A stretch of DNA of 64,000 bases from positions 27,861-91,860 of the forward strand of contig NJBF01000010.1 of assembly GCA_003144275.1 (NCBI GenBank), read 5' to 3'. Both the position numbers and the translations under genes were made by a program. Positions 37,344 to 46,600 of this stretch are shown piece after piece. The notes under the pieces are model-generated. The model did not search any database. It saw nothing but the letters and a program-made list of their open reading frames with translations, and had not been told where the DNA came from. The DNA comes from Candidatus Heimdallarchaeota archaeon B3_Heim. GTDB taxonomy: Archaea; Asgardarchaeota; Heimdallarchaeia; Hodarchaeales; Hodarchaeaceae. Position 1 is the stretch's first letter, and each line of letters opens with the position of its first letter.

Positions 37344-39077
37344 TCAGGAGTCGTTACTAATCCACCAAAGTTTTTCATAGGGTGATTCTTTGTAGGTGTT
37401 ATCGATTACCGAGAATTCCGTACCGATAAACTTCATCATTGTTTTTTTGACTTCGTTGGGATTAAACGTTAAAAGAAGATTTGACTCATACAATTTCTTG
37501 TATAAAAAAGGATCAAGTTGATTTTGGAGTTGATTATAAGGCAGTGGTTTTCCTTCTGCGATAAGAATATTCTTGACAATATCTATTATCCATTCTTCCA
37601 ACTCTTCGCTTGTAATTGGGCGGTAAATCCTTTTTTCTTCTTTTAATGGCTTTTTGAAGATGAAAAAATAGTCCCCTTGCTGAGAGCCCTCAGGTTGAAA
37701 TAAACTTTTAGCCGATGCACGAGCTGGAGGATGATAAACTACTCTTTCAAACAAAAAACCTGTTTGAATTACGGATCGGTATAGGATATTACGAATTGAC
37801 AAACTTGGATTATGGAATGTTACCGTACAGTATTTTTCCCGTTTTAATATTGAATATATTTTGTGAAAAGCCTGTCTGAGAAGCTGCTCGTAAATTGCAA
37901 GGTCTTTGTTCTGTCTGGAATTAGCGATTATTTCATTACGTAAGATATCATCATACCCCTCTAGGATGTTTATCCAGGCCCCCCAAAGGTATAATAGTTC
38001 CCCATACTGAATGGAATGTCCATATGGAGGATCAGTAATAATAAAATCTACTGAATTTTGAGGAATGAGCTCTAATTGAGTGATGTTGGAATTTATTAAG
38101 AAAAAACTTGGTAGAGTTGCTTCGTGGAGCTCTTCAATACTGTTTACTTCTTTTATATGTTTTATCTTCAGTTTCAAGTCCTTTTTAGCCCGATATAATC
38201 CTTGCTTTCCCATAACTGCACGTTCGAATAATTGCCAAACATTTGATTCCATATAATGGGGGCAGTACCAATAGCTAGGTTGAATCCAAGACGAACTAAA
38301 GGGGCGGGATGGCCGCACGGGGGTCATCTTTGAGGCTAAGTGAACCAAACTAGAAAAAGCAAAAAGAAATGATTCTCTAAGGTCGGATTCACAGATCTTT
38401 TTAATCCGATCAAGTAATTTAGCAAGTGCAATCAGGTTTCTATATGTATAAAGATCATCAATGTTGTCATACCGCTCTTTTTTAAGGAAGGCTTTCCCAC
38501 CTGAATAATAAAGAGGGTTTTCAGGAAACCAATAGTTCAAGAGCCCTTTAGAATTAAAAAAACTGTCTATGGAATGATTTTGTATTTCATTATACCTATC
38601 GCGATCAAATGACTGTACCTTTTCTACTTTTTTTCCGTCTTGAGGACAGACATAACGCCTGTCGAATAACTTTGAATCTTGCCAAGAAAAACAGGTTGCA
38701 GGTATAATATTTCCACATTTTGGACAATTTGTTGAATAAAGATTCGAAATATCATTTTTTACATCCGCTTCTATAGCTCTAAATTCTTTTACTATTCTCA
38801 TATGTGAGATATAGCGCAATGTGTTTCTCGTGACAAATATTGAAACAGGATTAATGTCAATCCCAATAGCTTTTCTTCCTAAATGCAAGGCTTCTCCAAT
38901 AGTAACTCCACTTCCACAAAATGGATCTAAAACGATCTCTCCTGAATCATGAGTGTAGTGTTTGATATATTCTTGTATGAGTCGTTCTTGTTTTCGTCCA
39001 AAAAATTTGTGCATTACATACATTGACGAATGACCTTGAGAGGGAACTACTTTCTCAATAGGTGAAGAATTAGTCAT
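37344..39077 (-). CDS. DNA methyltransferase (N6-adenine/N4-cytosine, alpha-class order), apparently orphan
   Basis: Motif I LDPFCGSGVT (aa ~50), motif IV IITDPPYG (aa ~340), intervening region with a Cys4 ribbon (CPKCG...CPQDG). No restriction endonuclease-like neighbour. Confidence 0.75.
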   Translation of the reverse strand: MTNSSPIEKVVPSQGHSSMYVMHKFFGRKQERLIQEYIKHYTHDSGEIVLDPFCGSGVTIGEALHLGRKAIGIDINPVSIFVTRNTLRYISHMRIVKEFRAIEADVKNDISNLYSTNCPKCGNIIPATCFSWQDSKLFDRRYVCPQDGKKVEKVQSFDRDRYNEIQNHSIDSFFNSKGLLNYWFPENPLYYSGGKAFLKKERYDNIDDLYTYRNLIALAKLLDRIKKICESDLRESFLFAFSSLVHLASKMTPVRPSRPFSSSWIQPSYWYCPHYMESNVWQLFERAVMGKQGLYRAKKDLKLKIKHIKEVNSIEELHEATLPSFFLINSNITQLELIPQNSVDFIITDPPYGHSIQYGELLYLWGAWINILEGYDDILRNEIIANSRQNKDLAIYEQLLRQAFHKIYSILKREKYCTVTFHNPSLSIRNILYRSVIQTGFLFERVVYHPPARASAKSLFQPEGSQQGDYFFIFKKPLKEEKRIYRPITSEELEEWIIDIVKNILIAEGKPLPYNQLQNQLDPFLYKKLYESNLLLTFNPNEVKKTMMKFIGTEFSVIDNTYKESPYEKLWWISNDS

Positions 39078-39170
39078 TATTACATCCAGCTTAGAACGAG
39101 CTACTTTGAATGTTTCTTTTATTTATCGCTAAGAAGTACCTTACAAAACTTTATAATAAACCAATTAACG

Positions 39171-40619
39171 ATGCTCAAACCAGTTGAGTTAATCATGGCT
39201 AATATTACAGCTCCTATAAATAAACGTTCAACCCGCGGGAACATATTATTATGGTCTATGTATGATTTGGCCAATACAGTGTTTTCTATGGGGATAGTTT
39301 CCCTAACAGTGATTAAATTTTTTACTTTACTTGGTATGCAGCAAGGATTAAGCTGGAGTGAATCAAATTTCCTTGCTGGATTGGCTGGTTCAATATCTAC
39401 GATATTTGTGGCTTTAACAATACCTTTTATGGGAGCTATAAGCGACAAAAGTGGAGAACGAAAAAGCAAAGTTGTCCTTTTAGGGGTTCTTTGTATACTA
39501 TCTACAGGAATTGTTTATTTCTTTGTTAATTTTTGGATTGCTTTTTTCCTATTTATCATCGCTAATATTACTTATCAGTGGGGGAACCTATTCTATGATG
39601 CCATGATTCCTCATATTTGTGCCGAAGATGAAATTGGTAAAGTTTCAGCAACTGGAGTGGCTATTGGATATGTAGGATCATTTATTGCTATTGCAATTCT
39701 ATTTATATTGCCATTTGTCGGAATACTAGATCATACTCCATTACGAGAGGATGGAGTCCCATTAAGCGCTCCAATTGAAGAAGGAGGAATACCTATTTCC
39801 TTTGACCAGATTGTTTTAGGTGAGTTTCAGTGGATGTGGTTAATTTGCGCACTTGCTTTTCTTATTACAGCAATACCTTTTCTCTGGGTAACTGAAAGAA
39901 CGAAGAAAGAAACTCACTCCACTAGTAGTGTAGTAAAGAGTGCGTTTTCTGAACTAAAAATAACGACCAGAGAAGTAGTTACTTATCGCGATATGTTATT
40001 TTTCATGATTGGTTGGATTTTAACGGTAGATGTAGTTAATACAATTATTGCATACATGCTACCTGCAGCAGAGGATGCTTGGGGACTCTCAGGTACAATG
40101 CCCCTTATACTAATTTTCGTAGGGGTTATCGGAGCCAGCGTATTGACCTTAGCAATTGGTCCAGTATCTGATAAACAGGGGCCTAAAATGGCATTCCTTA
40201 TAGTAGGAGTAGGATACTTATTCACCCTTGTAATAGCGGTTTTAGCTGATACAAATGATCCTAGCTTAGGTGGAGTTTGGCTTGTTTTACTATTTATTGC
40301 AGCATTAATTATTGGTGGAGCTCAAGGTTCAACTTGGGTCGCCAATAGACAGATGGTAATTGAATTAGCCCCTGAAGATAAAGTGGGACAATACTTCGGG
40401 TTTAGCAAATTAGTCAGTAAAGGTGGCAGTGCTATAGGTATGTCCATTTTTGCAGCAGTATTATCAATTACTCAGGAGATAACTGGAAGTATACCAACTT
40501 CGTATCGTGTAGGATTCATCGTTCTTGGTGTAATATATATTATTGGACTGTTTTTCTTAATGTTAGTTAAGGATCATCACAAAGACTATTTAGCTGGTAA
40601 AAGAGCTCCCTTTGACTGA
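39171..40619 (+). CDS. MFS-type transporter
   Basis: 482 aa with 12 TM helices. Confidence 0.7.
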   Translation: MLKPVELIMANITAPINKRSTRGNILLWSMYDLANTVFSMGIVSLTVIKFFTLLGMQQGLSWSESNFLAGLAGSISTIFVALTIPFMGAISDKSGERKSKVVLLGVLCILSTGIVYFFVNFWIAFFLFIIANITYQWGNLFYDAMIPHICAEDEIGKVSATGVAIGYVGSFIAIAILFILPFVGILDHTPLREDGVPLSAPIEEGGIPISFDQIVLGEFQWMWLICALAFLITAIPFLWVTERTKKETHSTSSVVKSAFSELKITTREVVTYRDMLFFMIGWILTVDVVNTIIAYMLPAAEDAWGLSGTMPLILIFVGVIGASVLTLAIGPVSDKQGPKMAFLIVGVGYLFTLVIAVLADTNDPSLGGVWLVLLFIAALIIGGAQGSTWVANRQMVIELAPEDKVGQYFGFSKLVSKGGSAIGMSIFAAVLSITQEITGSIPTSYRVGFIVLGVIYIIGLFFLMLVKDHHKDYLAGKRAPFD

Positions 40620-40648
40620 ATCACTTATGAAAATTGTTTTAGATTCCA

Positions 40649-41290
40649 ATGAAGCAAATAATCCTTTCGGATTTCGATGGAACTATTATCCTCAAAGATA
40701 GTGCTCTATACATTTTAGAACGATATGGTTCTGGAAATTGGAGAAAATATGACGATCAGCTGTTAAAAGGGGAAATTTCTTTAGAGGAGTGCCTTTCTAA
40801 GCAGTTTTCGTCAATAAATGTCACACAAGCTGATATTATACATGTGCTTGATGGAAAGATCGCTTTCAGACCGAATTTTAAAAATTTCGTGCTTTCTTGT
40901 GAAAAATTTCAAATTCCACTGGTTATTGTGTCAGCTGGACTAGATTTTGTTATTGACCATTTTTTAAGTAAAATTGATATCAGCTATCCCATTCCAATTA
41001 TTTCTGGTGTTCCTAAATATAATTTAAAGGGACTTTCGTTTGACTTTCCAAAATTGAAGCACAAATATTCTAAAAATTTTAAAGAAGATCTTGTGATCCA
41101 ATATCAAGTGAAAGGTTATTCTGTTATTTACATTGGGGATGGAAGTGGGGATTTTCACGCAGCTAAAAGAGCCGATATTGTATATGCTGTAAAGGACTCC
41201 GCTTTAGCAAGGATCTGCAGTGAGAATGAAATTAGTTTTCACTCATTTCTAGATTTTGCATCAATTATACAATATCTAAGAACACCTTGA
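40649..41290 (+). CDS. HAD-superfamily phosphatase (PSP/MtnX-like subfamily)
   Basis: Motif I ILSDFDGTI, motif II VVSAG, motif III/IV K...IYIGDGSGD. Confidence 0.7.
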   Translation: MKQIILSDFDGTIILKDSALYILERYGSGNWRKYDDQLLKGEISLEECLSKQFSSINVTQADIIHVLDGKIAFRPNFKNFVLSCEKFQIPLVIVSAGLDFVIDHFLSKIDISYPIPIISGVPKYNLKGLSFDFPKLKHKYSKNFKEDLVIQYQVKGYSVIYIGDGSGDFHAAKRADIVYAVKDSALARICSENEISFHSFLDFASIIQYLRTP

Positions 41291-41389
41291 GATCTTATGA
41301 TCTAAAACAAATTTCATCTTTGTTCCGAATTAGTATTGCTTATTAATTACTAGTAATGAGAATCAGATACAACCAATATTGAGTATGAA

Positions 41390-42127
41390 TTGAGTGAAAA
41401 AATCATGTTAAGAGATAAAGACAAATCATTTCTTAAATACGAAGTGACTGGTGCCCCAGCGTTCGCAGTGGTACGAATTACGATAGATAATCCAGGTCAA
41501 AAAGTTCGAGCCGAAGGTGGATCCATGGTATACATGGATGGACATGTTAACATGGAAACTAAATCAGCTGGTGGAGTTATGCGTGGTTTGAAGAGGAAAT
41601 TTTCTGGCGAATCAATGTTCCAAAACTTTTTTTCGATTCCTGATGGTTCTCCACCAGGAATGGTAGCTTTTGCTCATGGAGCTCCAGGGGATATTGTTCA
41701 CCTTCATTTAGCACAAGGAGAAGAATGGATTCTTAGTCGAGACGCATATATCTGTGGAACAACTAGTGTCGCAGTAACGTCGAAATTTGGAGGATTCAAG
41801 GGAGTTTTGGGTGGTGAAGGTCTAATGCTGACCAAAATCATGGCTGAAGCTGACGGGGATGTGTGGATAGGGGGGTATGGATATGTTGAACGACATGAAT
41901 TAGAACCAGATCAGGAGTTTGTCGTGGATAACGGAGTTATGATGGCATATCAAGCAGGCATGCAACATAAAGTTTCAAAAGTAGGTGGTCGGAAGAGTTT
42001 TATGCTCGGTGGAGAAGGAGTGGTGATTCGTTATACTGGTCCCGGTGTTGTGTATACACAGAATCGTGAGATTGGATTATTAGCTTCCTTACTTCTCCCA
42101 TATCTCCCAGTGGGTCGTAGTAGCTAA
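41390..42127 (+). CDS. AIM24/DUF124-family protein
   Basis: 245 aa, Gly-rich beta-rich repeats (GGEGLMLTKI...GGEGVVIRYTGPG) typical of the TIGR00266/AIM24 family. Confidence 0.5.
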   Translation: MSEKIMLRDKDKSFLKYEVTGAPAFAVVRITIDNPGQKVRAEGGSMVYMDGHVNMETKSAGGVMRGLKRKFSGESMFQNFFSIPDGSPPGMVAFAHGAPGDIVHLHLAQGEEWILSRDAYICGTTSVAVTSKFGGFKGVLGGEGLMLTKIMAEADGDVWIGGYGYVERHELEPDQEFVVDNGVMMAYQAGMQHKVSKVGGRKSFMLGGEGVVIRYTGPGVVYTQNREIGLLASLLLPYLPVGRSS

Positions 42128-42193
42128 CTTACCCCTTTATCTCCCTTCATTCCCTTTTTTCTATTTCTAAAAAAGATAAAATCTCCCTTTTAC

Positions 42194-43465
42194 ATGTTGC
42201 AGATGGTGCCCATAATGCCATCAGATGTTCTAGAACGCTTTTTAAAATACGTTACAATCCACACAACTAGTAAGGAGGATGAGGAAACTATTCCAAGTAC
42301 TAAACGGCAGTTTGACCTTGCAAATTTACTTGTTCAGGAGCTCAAAGAACTTGGAATAGTGGATGCCACTGTATCCGATGAATGTTATGTCATTGCAACT
42401 CTACCATCAAATTTAACACCCGAGATTACCAAGATTGTACCTGTAGTTTGCTTTTTTGCTCATATGGATACTTCTCCAGAAGAAGCAGGAGATAATATCA
42501 AACCCCAAAATGTTAATAACTATCAAGGAGGTGACATACAACTTCCTGGAAATCTAGACCTTGTAATATCACCTAAAGAAACACCCGCGCTGCTGAAATT
42601 CGTTGGTAGTGATATAATAACATCTGATGGGACTACATTGTTAGGAGGAGATGATAAAGCCGGAGTGGCTGCAATTATGGCTGCTTTAACAAAATTGAAG
42701 GCCGATCCTAAATTAAAACACGGAACTATCAAAATTGTGTTTACTCCAGATGAAGAGGTAGGTCGTGGTGTTGATGGACTTGATGTTGACTCCTTAATGG
42801 CAGATTTTGGATATACGATTGATGGGGATGAAATGGGAGTTTTAGAATCTGAAACATTTAATGCCGCAGGAGGGGATATACAGATAACGGGTTTTAACTG
42901 TCATCCAGGGTATGCTAAAGGTAAAATGATAAATGCTATCAGAATTCTAGCTGATATTATTCAAAATTTCCCTATAGATGAGTCACCTGAAACAACAGAA
43001 AAGAAAAAAGGTTATTATCATCCATATGAATCTTCAGCTTCTGTTAATGAGGCAAAGTTAAAGTTTATTATTAGAGATTTTGATTTTGAACAGCTTAAAC
43101 AAAAGATTCGGAATGTAGAAGAGTTTACAAATCATATTCAACAAAAATATCCTTCTTCCCACATCAATTTAACTATCAAAGAATCGTACAAAAACATGAA
43201 ATATAAGATAGATGAAGTCCCTGAAGTTATGATGAATGCCGAGGAAGCAATCAAACGAACAGGCATTCCTGTTATCAAGAAAGCTATACGTGGAGGAACA
43301 GATGGCGCTCATTTAAGTTATCGTGGTCTACCAACTCCGAATATATTTTCTGGAGCGATGAATTTTCATAGTAAAAAGGAATTTGTTCCCGTTATCGCCT
43401 TGGAGAAATCAGTTGAAACAATTATAAATCTAGTGCAAATTTACGTTGAGAGAGCTTCTGAATGA
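42194..43465 (+). CDS. pepT: peptidase T (tripeptide aminopeptidase, M20B)
   Basis: HMDTSPE, GGDDKAGVAAIM, FTPDEEVG, RGGTDGAHLSYRGLPT M20 metal-ligand motifs. Confidence 0.8.
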   Translation: MLQMVPIMPSDVLERFLKYVTIHTTSKEDEETIPSTKRQFDLANLLVQELKELGIVDATVSDECYVIATLPSNLTPEITKIVPVVCFFAHMDTSPEEAGDNIKPQNVNNYQGGDIQLPGNLDLVISPKETPALLKFVGSDIITSDGTTLLGGDDKAGVAAIMAALTKLKADPKLKHGTIKIVFTPDEEVGRGVDGLDVDSLMADFGYTIDGDEMGVLESETFNAAGGDIQITGFNCHPGYAKGKMINAIRILADIIQNFPIDESPETTEKKKGYYHPYESSASVNEAKLKFIIRDFDFEQLKQKIRNVEEFTNHIQQKYPSSHINLTIKESYKNMKYKIDEVPEVMMNAEEAIKRTGIPVIKKAIRGGTDGAHLSYRGLPTPNIFSGAMNFHSKKEFVPVIALEKSVETIINLVQIYVERASE

Positions 43466-43614
43466 TCACCAATGGAAGAATTTTGTTAATACAGTCCACC
43501 TTAACACTCACCTGTATAGAAACAAACCTATACAGATATTAGCCTTGTTTAGAATTAGAAAATCTTTTAGAAGATACAATATATCATTTATCTACATAGG
43601 ATGAACGAGTAATT

Positions 43615-46600
43615 ATGGCAACCCGAAACGAAAAACTGGTTCGGATAGAGCTTCCCTCTACTTCTGGGGTAGAAGTTGAGATTAGAGAAAGCAGAGATCG
43701 GTACGTACTGAATTTTTTCCAGAATGATAGACAAATAAATACCGCTTCTCTCTCTCAAAACAAGCTTAATCAGGATAGGCTAGTGGATCTCTTAAGTGAG
43801 GCCGGAGTGGAATTTTTTAGTTTTTCTGCAATATTTGAAATCGCTGATCTACTTGTGAATACAATTAAAGATGAATTTCAAGCTTTTTCCATAGAAGATG
43901 AACCTGCTTCAACTCCAATAACGCATGATGTTAATGATGTGACTGAAAAGTTCGGTATACTAACTGAAGATGTACTAGAAGAGGAGGATGAGATTGTTGA
44001 AGATACAGTCTCAGCAACATCAAGTAAGATTCTGACAATTCCTCCTGGAGATAAAGAACTAAAAAAGATCAAAATGCTACACTCGAAATCAGGATTTGCC
44101 ACAATATATTATACTCCCGAAGGAAAATTTGCTATAGTCTTATCTCGCAATGATGAATTGTTACTGAGAAAAGTCTATTCTAAAGACGATGTAAATCAAG
44201 ACAAGGTTGTAGAATTAATCAGTGAATCAGGAATTGATTTTCTTTCCTTTTCTGCAATATATGATTCTGCAGAGCAAATTGAATCACTAATCTTAAATCC
44301 AGAGAAATTTGAATCAGAAGATACTGTCTCAATTCCTCAAATGGACACTATAGTTGATGTCGCTGATCCTTCACCTATTTTAAAGTCGAAATCAGCAGCT
44401 ACCTCAGAACAAGATGAAGTGACACTCGTTGATTTATCCGATTTTGATACGTCTGAATTCAATAAGGCTGATGATTTTGATAAATTTATCAACAAGGTTA
44501 AAGAAGTCGTAGAAGTAGGACAACCTCTTCCTGTTAAGGAAGTGGAGATTGCTCATTCGGGTGGAGTGGATTGTATTATCCTCAGAAAATTTGATGATTG
44601 GTTTTTACGTTTTCGCAAGTCTGATGGTTCAATATCTGCCCCTACAGAAATAAAAATTGATCAGGATGAAATCGCTCGTCTGATAAATCAGGAAATCCCC
44701 CAAATTTCTTTTAGTTACTTGTATGATGCTTCAGAATTGATTTTTCAAACTATTGGTGGTTTAGCAACAAAGCCAATGGACCAAATCATCATTAATGTGG
44801 CTGTTGGTCACTTCTTAAGAATTATTGAACAGAATGAAGCAAAGGGGAATCTTAAAGCCGCATCGAAAATCACTGAGGTTTTGCTTAAGCGTTTTCGTAA
44901 AGAAAACAATTCTAAGGGTATTCTACGATTTGGGAGAAAACTTGTAAAGTCTCTGATAGATCAAGGAAAAGATTCCAAAGTTGTGAAGCTCCAATCTGAA
45001 TTGATCTCAGATCTACTCAAAATTGATTTGGAATCATCTGTTGAATTCGTATTTGAATCTATAGAGATGCTGGCCGATCAAAATAAACATCTTAATGCAG
45101 CTAATTTATGTGATTTAGTTTTGGATTACTACTTGTCTGAAAAAATAGTACCTGATTCAATATCAACAATCTTACTCTTAGCTAAAAAACAAGCGGAGTA
45201 TTATAAGCATGCTCGACTACCAGTAGTAATGTGGGAGAATGCTCTTCGTTATGCCCACTTTGCCCTAAAAGAGATAGGAGCAAGTGGGGACACATTCTCA
45301 AAGGAACAAAGAGATGGATTCTTGGAGGACATTATTTTCTTAGTTGACTCTGCACTGGGAGTACAAGAAGAACGTAAAGCTAATTTTGAAATTCTGAGCA
45401 CGCTTGAAGAGACAACACAATTATTAAAAGAGATTCAAGAAAAATCCCATTATCAAAGATACGTTAATCGATTAATCCTCACCTTGGAGACTCAGGGAAA
45501 GAAGGAAAAAGCTTTAGAAATCACATTGGAAGCTTCAAAAGCACTAATGAATTCAGAAACATATGTAAAAGCGTGTGAACTTAGTAATCAAGCAATAAAA
45601 TTGTTTTATGAATTGAAAAAGGTTGAAGAAGCTGTTGATTTTAGTCTTGGAGTAGTGAGGGGACTCACTGAATTAGAAGAAATAGAGGCTGCAAAAAATT
45701 ATTTGCAGTTTGTTGAAGATCTCATTAGTAAAGCATACAAAGATAGTGATTCTCGTCGAATAGAAAAACAGCTCGCAATGGGCGATTTACTGGGGAAATT
45801 AGGGATGAAAGATCGCGCTAAATCCTTTATTCAGACCGCTCTTCAAACAATTGCAGATCCTAAGAAAAGGGAGAAAATTGTTCTGAAATATGTAGATGAA
45901 ATGCATGTGAGTCATGCTTTTCTTACCGCTCAAGAGATGATTAATTTAGAATTATCTCGGTTGTTGGAAACAAAGAAAATAAAGGATGTAATAAAATTTT
46001 GTTGCCAATTTATAGACAAATTAAGAGAGTATGGCCAAAGCGATATGATTTTCGAATATATTCGGTACATCTCTAGTTTAATGTTACAGTCAGATCATAG
46101 TGATTATAATTTACTGCAGAAGTTCATAAAAGATCTATTGACAACGAATGAGGTTGATAGAGCGGCGTTAATCTTGGATCAGCTAGTAATCCTCCAAGGT
46201 AAACAAAGTGATTATACGAGAGCAATTGATTCAATAAGTCGTTTTGTTGACCATCTTTTGGAAAGTACTCAAAGAGTCGATCTTGTCCAAAAATACGTTT
46301 TTGAGATTGCTGAAGCTTATAGACGGATGGGAGACGATCAAGGAGCGCTCGAAGTGTTGGTAAAATATCAGGAAGTCCTACTTGATTATTCAGTTGAATT
46401 ATCACAGAAAATTACTGACATCATACTAAAAGAATATGAGGCAAAAGAAGAGTATAAGAAATGTATAGAAATTGTGACTAACATCATTGATAGGCAATTA
46501 GAACAGAACATGTTTCAAGACGCATACATTTTTAGTGTTCAAAATGCTCGTTATATAGAGAGCTCTGGCAGCATTCCTGATGTCATCAAATATCTCGGAA

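Noticed and set aside
30509-39077. Possibility that the PD-(D/E)xK-like ORF (30509..31090) and the DNA methyltransferase (37344..39077) form a restriction-modification system.
   Set aside because: They are 6 kb apart and separated by unrelated housekeeping genes (agmatinase, Tag, hgcAB). No linkage evidence, so the MTase is treated as orphan.
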